A stretch of 64,000 nucleotides of DNA from Macrostomum lignano (lineage: Eukaryota). Below the pieces are notes generated by a model. It made no database searches and was not told the origin of the DNA. It saw nothing but the letters and a program-made list of their open reading frames with translations. A program made the position numbers and the translations under genes. The number at the start of each line of letters is the position of its first letter. Within the stretch, counting starts at the first letter, position 1. Positions 24,213 through 36,045 of this stretch are shown here, piece by piece. The stretch is from contig NIVC01001392.1 of NCBI GenBank assembly GCA_002269645.1, positions 124,001 through 188,000 of the forward strand, given 5' to 3'.

Positions 24213-25604
24213 ACTATAGAATCTGTAGTCTATTATATTATTACACTTAAGCCTATACAAGGCCAAATTCTAAAAAATTAAAATAACCTTTATTTTAACT
24301 TTTATCATCCATTTGACATAGGCCTATATAGTATTATAGATTTAAAAAAGTCAATAGGCTTTTTATATAAAGTAGATCCTAGATATAACTTATAAGTCAT
24401 TTTAATAGGCAATTGGTGTATATTTTGATGTCTATTTTAGTATAAATAAAAGACTTTTATATTAAATAGTTTACTAAACACAATTTAGACCCTAAATTTT
24501 GGGTAAGTTGGCGACACACTGCCAGCTAGCCTCAAACTGTTCAATCCACCTGTAAACCATTCATCAATTGATAGCATCGGGAGTTGGGTCCATGAAAGTT
24601 GATTAGGTGTTTGTGAATTTCAGGGCATTTCTGACCAAGGCTTTAAAGTCTAAAAATTGTGTGTCTCTGCCCTTCTGTAGAGTGAATGTTAGGGTCCATG
24701 ACTGGAATAAATCTTGCTGCTGTTTTGCAACTCTGTGCTTGATCAGCTCTACTTGTGGCTTTCTTCTGAGTGAGCATAGAAGCACTATGCTGTGTGTATT
24801 TCTATGGCCAAGGGTCTGCAAACAAATGCATGCTGTTTACAGCAGGAAGCACTTATAAAATTCCGACTTTTGTGGCATGAAAGCTAAAATAAGCCACTAA
24901 CTTTTAAGGCATATGATTTTTTTATCACACATTAATACTTGTTGAAGCAAGCAAAAGTGACACAACTTCTGGAATGCCCCTCATAGTAATCTTCCTAAAA
25001 GAAGCTTAAAAGTAATTGGTAAAAATTTTCTTTTGGTAAACTACAGTTGATACAATTAGTAAAACAAAAACTTTTTATATAAAATATTTACTATTACTAT
25101 ATATAATTAGTGTTAAGCACCAATCTATTAATAAGTGTTAACAAACATTAAGATTCTTTATTAACAATAATTGACTGACTAGGCCTGTTAAGATTGTTTT
25201 TTACTAATAGATTAATTAAATTTCATTTATAATTTTGTGAGTAAACACAAATTTATTAATGTTAATGACTGTGCCAATGAGACCAAAGTTGCAAAGAAAG
25301 AACAAAAAAGCTGGAAAAGAGGTTAAAACATCATAAATTTATTTTAATTTACCCAAATGCCAAATTAATCTCTTTTTATGATGATGATCATACCAATGTA
25401 ACAAGTTTTTACTTATGAATTTTAATGAATTAAAATTATGAACTTTATTGTTTGCTAATGAGTATTGCTTTAATTTGCTTCTTTTCTTTCCTAATCTTTA
25501 AAAACTTTCTCTGTACCTGCTAGTGTTTTGAAACAATTTTATTGTTTATATTTTAATAATGAATTAGCTTTCAAGTTTCAAATAAAAAATCTATTTCTTT
25601 TACT

Positions 25605-26330
25605 TTATGCTTGACTTACTTGACTTAGTTGCAGGGAGGGTGGTCCAAAGATACAGCAGGGGGCAAGTGCCACCTATGCCTTGGGCTGGCAAGCATTGTC
25701 TAGGGATAGGTTGGGTCCAAGCCAAGGAAGTGGAGCTAGTCTCAGTTGAAAGCTGGACAGTAGCAGACAAAGTGCTTATTATCTTCATTCTCGAGGTTAT
25801 AGAAGGTGTAGAGTTCACTCCAGCAGATGCCTTGGAGGAAATGTGGCTAAGGGCTAATGAGCAAGTGTGAACTACCTGTCTTAGTGAGGGAGTCAGCAAG
25901 CTCATTACTTTTGAAACTAGCATGTCCTAAGATCCAAGTGAGCTAGATAGTGTTCCTCCAAGCCAGCTTATTGAGCTGCCCAATACCAGTCATGGACTAT
26001 TTGTGAGTTTGTTGTGGTGTGACACAGGGCCTGCAAGGCATCCTGGCTGTCAGAGTGGAAGAAGATTCTTCTGGCTTTGAAGTCCTTGCAGTAGAGCTCA
26101 GCAGCATAGGAGCTGATGGCAAGGACTTTGTTTTAGAAGACATCAGAAAGTCTACTAGTGTATTGGGTGTGAGTATGTGGCCATTAATAAGGATGCAGAT
26201 TCCAAAGCCAAATGTATTGTCTTTGAAGGATCCATCAGTGAAGCAGTGGACCTCCTGGGGGGCAGCTGTATATATAGATAATTTACAATAGTCTATACTC
26301 GTATCTTTGAGATAGTTATAGCTATAAACT
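25605..26330 (-). mobile_element. 3' end of an RNase H-bearing non-LTR retrotransposon (I/R1/LOA-like), pseudogenised
   Basis: Reads VHCFTDGSFKD..FGFGICI, VF*NKVLAI, FHSDSQDALQAL, I*LTWILGHASFKSNELADSLTKTG (RNase H), then LYTFYNLENEDNKHFVCYCPAF (degraded CCHC knuckle). Confidence 0.85.
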
Positions 26331-26439
26331 AGCAATCTTTGCCCCCCGATGGGGGACATCTGTATAGAATCCTTGTTCTTTACAAATAACAAATAGACAA
26401 CGAAATAAAGCCTTCATAAAAAAAACAACAGACATTCCC

Positions 26440-26870
26440 CCTAAAAACAAAACATCCCAAGACAGCAAGCATCCCCAGAAAGCATTCAAGCATCGATCCC
26501 CAAATAGCAAGCATCCCCCAGACTGCAAGCATCCCCCAGATAGCAGGCATCCCCCGATAGCAAGCAACCCCAGATAGCAAGCAACCCCAGATAACAAGCA
26601 ACCCCAGATAGCAAGCATCCCCCAGATAGCAAGCATCCCCCAGATAGCAAGCATCCCTCAGATAACAAGCAACCCCAGATAGCAAGCATCCCCCAGATAG
26701 CAAGCATCCCCCAGATAGCAAGCATCCCCCAGACCGCAAGCAACCCCAGATAGCAAGCATAACCTGGATACAAAGAGACCTTATAGATATCTAGCAACCC
26801 CCTCTCAGATAGCAAGTACCCTCCACCCCCAAGAGCAAGCATCTCCCAATAGCAGGTTACCCCAGTAGCA
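26440..26870. repeat. ~18-bp minisatellite (CAGATAGCAAGCATCCCC)
   Basis: Direct reading. Confidence 0.9.
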
Positions 26871-27441
26871 AACTGTCATGGAATATTATTATACTTGCTA
26901 GATTGTCCTTTGTACTTGAAAATTCGGATTAACACAAATGACACTTTTAAAAGGCAATTAAGAAAATCACATAGCCCTAAAACTTTGTCTATGCACATTT
27001 TTCACTAGCCTAAGATGCTAGTTGAGTTTAGTTGGCTCCTAAATGGATTATTACTGCGCTAGTTTGATTTGGTATTCATACTTTTTATCTAAGATATTTT
27101 TTATATTGTTCAAACAAATGCTAAAGTAGTTAAAGTTTAAATGATTACCATTTCATTGAAGTGTGACTCTTCTTTATGCAACCTAGCTTTCTCCTAAAGT
27201 TCTTCAAGTTGAATCTTAATTTTTTAATTTGTACCAGACAACACATAGATGCTTTCATGAGAACCCAACTGCTCTTTACTTCCTACCTACCAGAGAATCC
27301 CACAATGTCTCTACTGAAAATTCCCTAAAACTAAAACTACTAAAAGTAGTGTAGAAGCAAATCTGCGCGAAGCATGCATATCAGTGCCGGTTAGCAACAA
27401 TACTTGCCCAAATCTAGCCAAAGCCAATTGCAATATTTCAG

Positions 27442-29640
27442 GCCAGTAAGGCCAAGTGCAGCGGGCCAGCTGCCTCCGTGCAGCCCCCGTCTCCATCTCA
27501 GCAGAGCCTGCAGATGCCTCTTGGCCCAGCAGACCTCATCTCCCCCTGTCACTACACTGGCGGCCTGTCAGCTCGCGAGCTTGGCGCCATAGACGATTTA
27601 GCCAATTGCATGGTTGTCGACTCCCTGTTGGGCATTGTCAGCCACAAAATGGCCGAAAGATTTCGTCAGCCATCGGCCTCGCATATTCGGCGATGGCGGG
27701 CTGCTGTTGAAGACTTCGTGGTTGATCAGGTAAAGCTCATGCTGATTGCTCAACTCAGTGTACAAAAGGTAACTATACTACCCTACATCAGTGTACAAAG
27801 GGCAGCTGTACTACCCTACCCTATAGATCAGAGTACCAGGCACTCGCCACTCTCCCTACAAACCCGCAGGACTACGCAGTCGCCTATGCCCGTCTAGTCG
27901 CCCGACCGCCGGATTCCAGCGAATCCGGGCGGCCATTCCTAACCGAGGCGCGTCGCAACGATCCCAGCTTGCGGCTGCACCTGTACCGCTACCTGCACCT
28001 GTTCGACAGGCGCTCCGGCGTGCGAATCGAACTGTGCCGCCGGTACGCGCACGAGAACCGGACTGGAGCCAGGATTGTGTCGACTAGAGACTGGGAGGCC
28101 AACGAGAAAATTGACATGCTTATTGGTAGGTTGCTGTTTGTATTGGCTGTGTAGCATCTGTGTTAATTGTCAGTAGTTAGGTGGCTGTTAGCAGTCAGGG
28201 GGTTGTCATTCAGCTGTCAGGGGGCTGTCAGTCAGCAGTCAGGGGGTTGTCAATCAGCTGTCAGGGGGCTGTCAGTCGGCAGTCAGGGGGCTGTCATTCA
28301 GCAATCAGGGGGCTGTCAGTCAGCAGTCAGGAGGCTGTCAGTCAGCAGTCAGGGGGCTGTCAAGTCAGAAGTCAGGAGGCTGTCAAGTCAGAAGTCAGGA
28401 GGCTGTCATTCAGCAATCAGGGGGCTGTCAGTCGGCAGTCAGGGGGCTGTCATTCAGCAATCAGGGGGCTGTCAGTCAGCAGTCAGGAGGCTGTCAGTCA
28501 GCAGTCAGGGGGCTGTCAAGTCAGAAGTCAGGGGGTTGTCAGTCAGCAGTCAGGGGGTTGTCATTCAGCTGTCAGGGGGCTGTCAGTCAGCAGTCAGGAG
28601 GCTGTCATTCAGCAGTCAGCTGTCAGTCAGCAGTCAGGAGGCTGTCAGTCAGCAGTCAGGAGGCTGTCAGGTTCCGTTAGTCAGCAGTCAGGGCTATCAG
28701 GATTCAACTCGCAGTCATTAGTCAAAAGCCGCGCCCCCCCCCGTGCAGGCTGCATCGCGGAGATGACGCCAGACGAGGAGCGCAGCTATCTCAGACCGGG
28801 CCACAACGATTTCTCAGTGATGTACTCAACCAGGAAGCACTGCTCGCAGCTGTGGCTGGGCCCGGCCGCCTATATTAATCACGACTGTCGGCCCAATGTG
28901 AGATTCGTCCCAACCGGTCCACACTCCGCTTACTATCAGGTGAGCTGGAAACTGAATTATTTGTTGAAAATCAAAATTTGCATGTTACTACTCGTGTCGT
29001 GTAAGTAGTGCAAGCTGGCTACTTATTTATTCATTTTCCCCAGGTGATCCGGCCGATACGCAAGGGCGACGAAATTTTATTATTCTACGGCGCCCACTTT
29101 TTCGGCAAGTCCAACTGCGAGTGCGAATGCGAGACCTGCGAGCGACGGCTTGCTGGCGCCTTCGCCCAGCAGCAGCCGGGCGGCTCTGGCGACGACAGCA
29201 ATGGCTATCGGTTCCGGGACACCGACAAACGGCTGCGACGCCTGGCCGCTGCCGCGTCTAAACGGCAACGCGAAGAAGATGAGGCGGCGGAGCCTGTGGC
29301 AGCGGCGCCGTCAACAGACAAGGCGGAGACAAGCCGGCAGGCTCAGCAACAGCAGCAGCAGCCGCCTTTGAAGCTGCCACGTCTGCTAATTCGAATCAGG
29401 CAGCTGGGCGATCCGCTGCGATACGAGCTGGTAAGTCTGGCCTCTGCAACTTCTGCTCTGGCCTCCGAGTCCGCCTCCGAGGAGTCCGAGTCCTCCCCGG
29501 CCTCTGCGCCCGCCTCTGCCGCGTCCACCGCAACCGCTGCTGGCCCCGCCTCTGCCGCGGACGCCAGCGACGGCCGCAGCTCGTCCACTCCGGCCTCGTC
29601 AATTGACTGCAGCTCCCCGGCCAATCGCAGCCCGGCCTGA
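27442..29640 (+). CDS. SUV420H1: histone H4K20 methyltransferase Suv4-20/KMT5B-C; exons 27442-27729, 27870-28125, 28749-28939, 29044-29640
   Basis: [26 protein letters not shown]; [15 protein letters not shown]; [31 protein letters not shown]; [18 protein letters not shown] (post-SET). All introns GT-AG and phase-consistent (0,1,0). Start is ATG 27514 or an unseen upstream exon. Confidence 0.95.
28167..28700. repeat. ~22-bp minisatellite (GTCAGTCAGCAGTCAGGGGGCT) in Suv4-20 intron
   Basis: Direct reading. Confidence 0.9.
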
Positions 29641-29890
29641 GCTGCCCAACCCACCTCCGCCTGCCCACCACCGGCTGCTCACCCCACCTCCGCCTCCCCA
29701 CCCCACCGGCTGCTCACCCCACCTCCGCCTCCCCACCCCACCGGCTGCCCACCCCACCGCCTGCCCACCCCACCTCCGCCTGTCCACTCCACCGGCTGCT
29801 CACCCCACCTCCGCCTCCCCACCCCACCGGCTGCTCACCCCACCTCCGCCTGCCCACCCCACCTGCCCACCCCACCTCCGCCTACACACT
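29641..29890. repeat. C-rich ~31-35-bp repeat immediately after the Suv4-20 stop codon
   Basis: CCCACCTCCGCCTCCCCACCCCACCGGCTGCTCAC units. Confidence 0.85.
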
Positions 29891-30541
29891 TAACTTCGCT
29901 GATGCTTTCGTGTTAATCCTGTAAATAGTGTATGCTGTTTTATGTCATTTTTATCGGATGCTCTGACTGTATTTTATTTTACATTTTAATTGTAAATACA
30001 TTTTCTATGTTTTAACACCTGCATGTTTAATTTTGTATAGAGAGTAGCAACCTCTGTCGGTCTTTGACTATTTGCTCGCTATGCGATTCTTTCAAATCCA
30101 GCTTGTTTATTAATGTATGTATGCTAATTAATTATATTTATTATAGCTAGGATTTCAATCTACAATAATTTCAAATTATCTTTACTGCTTTCCAAAGCAT
30201 TAATTAGTTAATCGTTTGGATCACCTGTACTTTAATTAAGGCGAAGCAGTGCAGGTTCGCAAAGTTTAAAACTAAATTGTAAATAGAACTCCAGAGTCTT
30301 TGTTTTGCATTGAATATTTTTATTCTATATTTTTTGTCTTATCTTGTTTCACCTGTTTTTCAATAGTGAAGATATAAATTTTTATTAACTGCTTTAACTA
30401 CTAATTTAAGTAGCTTCTATGCAACATTGCGTATCAGTTGATTTATTTAAAGGTAATAAAACTATTTTGTCTCGTGGAGTGCTTTCATAAATCAATTATT
30501 TTATTATATATCTCTGCTGTGCTTGCGTCTGTGGTAACTAC

Positions 30542-30750
30542 TATTTATTTCCCACTTAGGCATGGCCATAGACTACAGAACACGTATTTATTCCCCGCTT
30601 GGACTTTTGCCATAGACTACAGAACACGTATTTATTCCCCACTTGGGCCTTGGCCATAGATTACGAAAACATGTTTTTCTCTGCTTAGGCTTTGGCCATA
30701 GACTACAAAAACGTGTTTTTCTCTGCTTGGGCCCTACCATAGACTACAGA
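30542..30750. repeat. 41-44-bp degenerate tandem repeat, 5 copies
   Basis: CCATAGACTAC-like core at 30566, 30610, 30654, 30696, 30737. Confidence 0.85.
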
Positions 30751-31464
30751 AGCTGTAAATTAATATAATAGTGCGTATTATAATATTGAGGAAAATCAAG
30801 GTAAGTCAGTGTGGCTGGCAGCATTTTGAAGCGACTTATTATCATTATTACTATTATTAACCTACTGTCAGTAGTCCGCTGGCTAATTAAACCAATTTAT
30901 TGTGGGGTAACCAATAATGTTTTTAATTGTTGATGCTTTCAAATTTGGAATCTTGTCACCCGTGTTTGCTAGCTGGTGTACAAACTCTGGTATTGTTGTG
31001 TAACTATTTAAATAATTTGTAAAAGTTATGAAACAAATAAAGAAATAATTGAAGCTCAATTGGCTTCTTTATGAACTAAATTGTAATGCTATAATTAATT
31101 AGATAAGAATTTACTCTTTTATCTTGGTCTTGTTTTCGGAATGCCTTAATTGACTGACGTACGCTCGCCTGCTGGTCGGGCTACTGAGGTGGCTAATTAA
31201 AATTTCCAAGGGCCGATTTGATAATAATTAATTTCACCCGGCTGCCTGCTGTATTGAAGATAGCTGGCTGAGTATCTCTGTCTCCTTTTTGTCTTGTCTC
31301 ACTCTCCCTCTGTTTGATGACCTCACGAGAGCCCGCCTATAGTTAGATTTTTTCGTTTTACGTGATGAAATTAGTGAAATGTTTTTCCTCTCTGACAAGC
31401 CTATGGGCTATGATGTTTTTCGTTACTTAAAGAACAAAAGTTTTAGAGTCATGCAAAATGTTTT

Positions 31465-32437
31465 TGACGCGCCGAAAAGATGATGCAGTGAGGCGCCGAA
31501 AAAAGTATACAGTGAGGCGCCGAAAAGATGATGCAGTGAGGTGCCAAAAAATTATACAGTGAGGCGCCAAAAAGATGATACAATGAGGCGCCAGAAATAT
31601 GATTCAGGGAGGCGCCAGAAATATGATGCAGTGAGGCGCCAGAAGAGTGATGCAGTGAGGCGCCAGAAGAGTGATACAGTGAGGCGCCAGAAAGATGATG
31701 CAGTTAGGCGCCAGAAATATGATGCAGTGAGGCGCCAGAAATATGATGCAGTGAGGCGCCAGAAATATGATTCAGGGAGGCGCCTGAAAGATGATGCAGT
31801 CAGGCGCCAGAAGAGTGATGCAGTGAGGCGCCAGAAGAGTGATGCAGTGAGGCGCCAGAAAGATGATGCAGTCAGGCGCCAATAAAAGTGATGCAGTGAG
31901 GTACCAGAAATATGATGCAGTGAGGCGCCAGAGAGATGATGCAGTGAGGCGCCATAAATATGATGCAGTGAGGCGCCAGAAATATGATGCAGTGAGGCGC
32001 CAGAAATATGATGCAGTGAGGCGCCAGAAATATGATTCAGGGAGGCGCCTGAAGGATGATGCAGTCAGGCGCCAGAAGAGTGATGCAGTGAGGCGCCAGA
32101 AGAGTGATGCAGTGAAGCGCCAGAAAGATAATGCAGTGAGGCGCCAGATGAGTGATGCAGTCAGGCGCCAATAAAAGTGATGCAGTGAGGTACCAGAAAT
32201 ATGATGCAGTGAGGCGCCAGAGAGATGATGCAGTGAGGCGCCGAAAATATGATGCAGTGGGGCGCCAGAAAGATGATGCAGTGAGGCGCCAGAGAGATGA
32301 TGCAGTGAGGCGCCGAAAATATGATGCAGTGGGGCGCCGAAAATATGATGCAGTAGGGCGCCGAAAATATGATGCAGTGAGGCGCCGAAAATATGATGCA
32401 GTGGGGCGCCGAAAATATGATGCAGTGGGGCGCCGAA
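31465..32437. repeat. 24-bp minisatellite (TGATGCAGTGAGGCGCCAGAAATA), ~40 copies
   Basis: Direct reading. Confidence 0.95.
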
Positions 32438-33505
32438 AAGGACGGAACCATAGTGACTGAAGAGCAAGTTAATCGTTTCCATTCCAGAGAATGCCTCCTA
32501 AGCAGCGACTGCAATAAAATGAGCCATAAAATGCCTGCCAAGTTGGGAAAGAAGAATTGCGAATTCGCGCATTTTGTGAAGTCAATAAAAATCTGAGAAA
32601 CAACTTATTTCTAGCTTTGCTGATTCTTCATAGATCGCAGTCCTTACCAGCTACATGTAGTTATTATAACACAAGGGCCTGGAAACTGTGGTTTCAGCAG
32701 TTACACGCAACAATTTGTCATCATTAAATCTATGAGCCAGTGAATTCTTGGAAAAGTAGCCTTTGAATATCTACGCAGGTAAACTGAGTTTTGCTAGCAG
32801 TCAGGCCCATTGAGCACTGACCCCTGATCACTCGTACACACGCTCGCACAGGGTGTACACAGCGGCCCTGACTGGACTAGTGAACTGTGGCGCGAGAGTA
32901 GGACGAGGCTTGTCTGTCTACTGGCCCATCTTGTGCCTATAAGATCTGTGTCCCTCTCTCTTCATTGCCTGACCGCTGAATCGACCGGTGGATCCTCAAC
33001 TTATTGAAGTTTTTCCCCACGATTCTCGAGTGTAATTCTACGAAAGTGCAATCGGGGATCAAACTTGCTCATCTCTCTTCCCCTCTGCTTAACTCAGCGA
33101 AGCGAAAAGAAATGTCTAGAAAGACCTGTGGCAAGACTGGCTACTTCATATCTATTGCTTCCTCCCCTCTATCTCTCTCTCTCTCTCTCTACCTACTCAA
33201 TCTGAATCTCATTCTCAACTACGGCCACGCAGACCAAATTCAATTTCCGATTCTAAGCCTTTACAGCCCACTGCATTTCCCATCGAGTGTAGCCAGACTC
33301 TTCGCATCCTAGGAGAAAGTACATTCTCTATACGACCCTTCTATTAAGCTGAAATACTGAACGTCCAGGGTAGAAGGGCAGGAGTGCGCTTTCCGTGACA
33401 CAAAAATTCCCTTGCAGTCACGACGTCTCCCCACCTTGTCCCTGGGGAAGATTCCTGTACAGTCTAATTCACCTTGTTTCACCCCTGTCCCTTTGTCTAT
33501 CATTC

Positions 33506-33511
33506 CATCTT

Positions 33512-33545
<34 letters not shown>

Positions 33546-33558
33546 ATCTATCTATCTG

Positions 33559-33632
<74 letters not shown>

Positions 33633-33633
33633 C

Positions 33634-33700
<67 letters not shown>
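33506..33700. repeat. (TCTA)n microsatellite
   Basis: Direct reading. Confidence 0.95.
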
Positions 33701-33701
<1 letters not shown>

Positions 33702-34400
33702 GCCTATGTATCTATTCTAATTTATGTATTATGTATGTTCAGCATTTTACGTAGGCCGTTTGGCACACAGGCCAATCTTTTTGAAGACAAAGGTGTATTT
33801 AGTCAAGTAGCACCCACACCAGCTGTGCAACCGATTTCTTGCTCTCAGCCCTGTCGCCATTCTTTAGGATCTGCCCCCACCCCTCTTAGTGCGCGCTAGC
33901 GGGCAATTGTCTGAGAGTTTGCCATTGCTATTACGAGCGTAAGCATTAGCGGTGTGGCACAGCTAGAGAGAGGTGGCGCAGAGCGCACGAACAGAAGAGC
34001 AGCCGATAGCGGACAGTTCACGCCAGCCAGTCAGTCAGTCAGTCAGTCAGTCAGTACGATTGCAAAAAGAGCTGCTGCTGGCAGCGCTGGCGGGCAGGAG
34101 GGAGGGTGGCGTGCAGGGGAGAGCGAGGGTTGGCTGAGAGGAGGAGAGGGACCGCCTGTTGCACACAGCGCAAGTGTCAGAAAGAAAACTCAGGCTTAAA
34201 TAATGGCACTGTATCGCTGGTTGCGCAGACGCTCCACTACTTGCGGCTTTCATTGCGCGCGCTTGACCTACCCTGGACGGAGTTGTGGTTTTTCTTATTG
34301 AGGTATTGTTTCCCAAATCTCATTGTTGATTTTGACCTTTTGTTGCTTATCAATGTACTGTTTTAAATTGACAGCTTATCGTAGCTGCAGTTTTATTTTA

Positions 34401-34854
34401 CTGCAGGTTTATGTAACTGCAGGCTTATGTAACTGCAGGTTTATGTAACTGCAGGTTTATGTAACTGCAGGTTTATGTAACTGCAGGCTTATGTAACTGC
34501 AGGCTTATGTAACTGCAGGTTTATGTGACTGCAGGCTTATGTAACTGCAGGCTTATGTAACTGCAGGCTTATGTAACTGCAGGTTTATGTAACTGCAGGT
34601 TTATGTAACTGCAGGCTTATGTAACTGCAGGCTTATGTAACTGCAGGCTTATGTAACTGCAGGCTTATGTAACTGCAGGTTTATGTGACTGCAGGCTTAT
34701 GTAACTGCAGGCTTATGTAACTGCAGGCTTATGTAACTGCAGGCTTATGTAACTGCAGGTTTATGTAACTGCAGGTTTATGTAACTGCAGGCTTATGTAA
34801 CTGCAGGCTTATGTAACTGCAGGCTTATGTAACTGCAGGCTTATGTAACTGCAG
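34401..34854. repeat. 16-bp minisatellite (CTGCAGGYTTATGTAA), ~28 copies
   Basis: Direct reading. Confidence 0.95.
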
Positions 34855-35409
34855 CAATGAGAAAACTTCATTCGTTTTTAATTCGATTATGGGTTCACTT
34901 GGCTAAGAACTCAAAAAATCTTTGCTCAAACCACTAATTGATTCAGATGAAATCGATCAGAGAAAATCATAGCAATATATATAGTTTCTAAAACGAGAAT
35001 CTGCGAGAATCTCCCATAGCACATTATTATTTCGCATAGTCAATTTGTATGTTGCTGCTCAAATTCACATGCAAAAAAGCGAGCTGTCTTGCCAACAGTT
35101 TAAACTAAATAGAGTGTCTATTTTTTCTGGAATTTTTCCCCAAAAAACTTTGTACATACATTCTCTATCCATGATTGCTTCCGGTTGAACCTGTTCGAAT
35201 CCAGAGGCTTCAACTGCTGCTTCAGCCTGGTTGAGGACTGGCTTGGTAATTGCTGTTGCTGGGGCAGATAAGTTGGGAATATTTATGGCAAGCGCAATGT
35301 GAGTTAATCATCATCTGTCGTATGGAGCGGCGCACAGTTTCACATTTTTGAGTTGACAACTTTTCCGTGGCACGAAACTTACTGATTTTTGTAATAAGAT
35401 GGCAACGAC

Positions 35410-35772
35410 GTACATTTTGCTCATAGATAGTGTTTCTGGTCAGTACATTGTGCTCTTAGACAGTGTTTCTGGTCAGTACATTGTGCTCTTAGACAGTGTT
35501 TCTGGTCAGTACATTGTGCTCTTAGACAGTGTTTCTGGTCAGTACATTGTGCTCATAGATAGTGTTTCTGGTCAGTACATTGTGCTCATAGATAGTGTTT
35601 CTGGTCAGTACATTGTGCTCATAGATAGTGTTTCTGGTCAGTACACTGTGCTCATAGATAGTGTTTTTGATCATTACATTGTGCTCATAGATAGTGTTTC
35701 TGGTCAGTAAATTGTGCTCATAGACAGTGTTTCTGGTCAGTACATTGTGCTCATAGATAGTGTTTTTGGTCA
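35410..35772. repeat. 33-bp minisatellite (CAGTACATTGTGCTCATAGATAGTGTTTCTGGT), ~11 copies
   Basis: Direct reading. Confidence 0.95.
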
Positions 35773-36045
35773 TTTTGATTAATTGCTTTTACACAGTAAT
35801 TACGGGTCATTACACTCGGGTCTGCATGGAAACGATTTTAAATTTCCCATCACTTCTACCAGTGCGTGTGGATTTGCTTTCTGTTTTTTTTCTTGAGCTG
35901 AACAGTTGAGGTCACTGGGTTCGTGTCACCCGAGCATGACCTTTGAATTTTTTAAATTCTATAAAACCGGCAGTTTTGGATAAACAGTCGCGCCTGGCTC
36001 ATCCCGAACACTCATTATTCGCAGTAGTCGGAAAGAGGCGGACCG

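Noticed and set aside
24603-24858. Short ORFs in the AT-rich island as a transposase relic
   Set aside because: No recognisable motif.
32460-35290. Scattered possible minus-strand exons (~35265-35160, ~34340-34273)
   Set aside because: Splice-like sites exist but no consistent, recognisable reading frame could be assembled.
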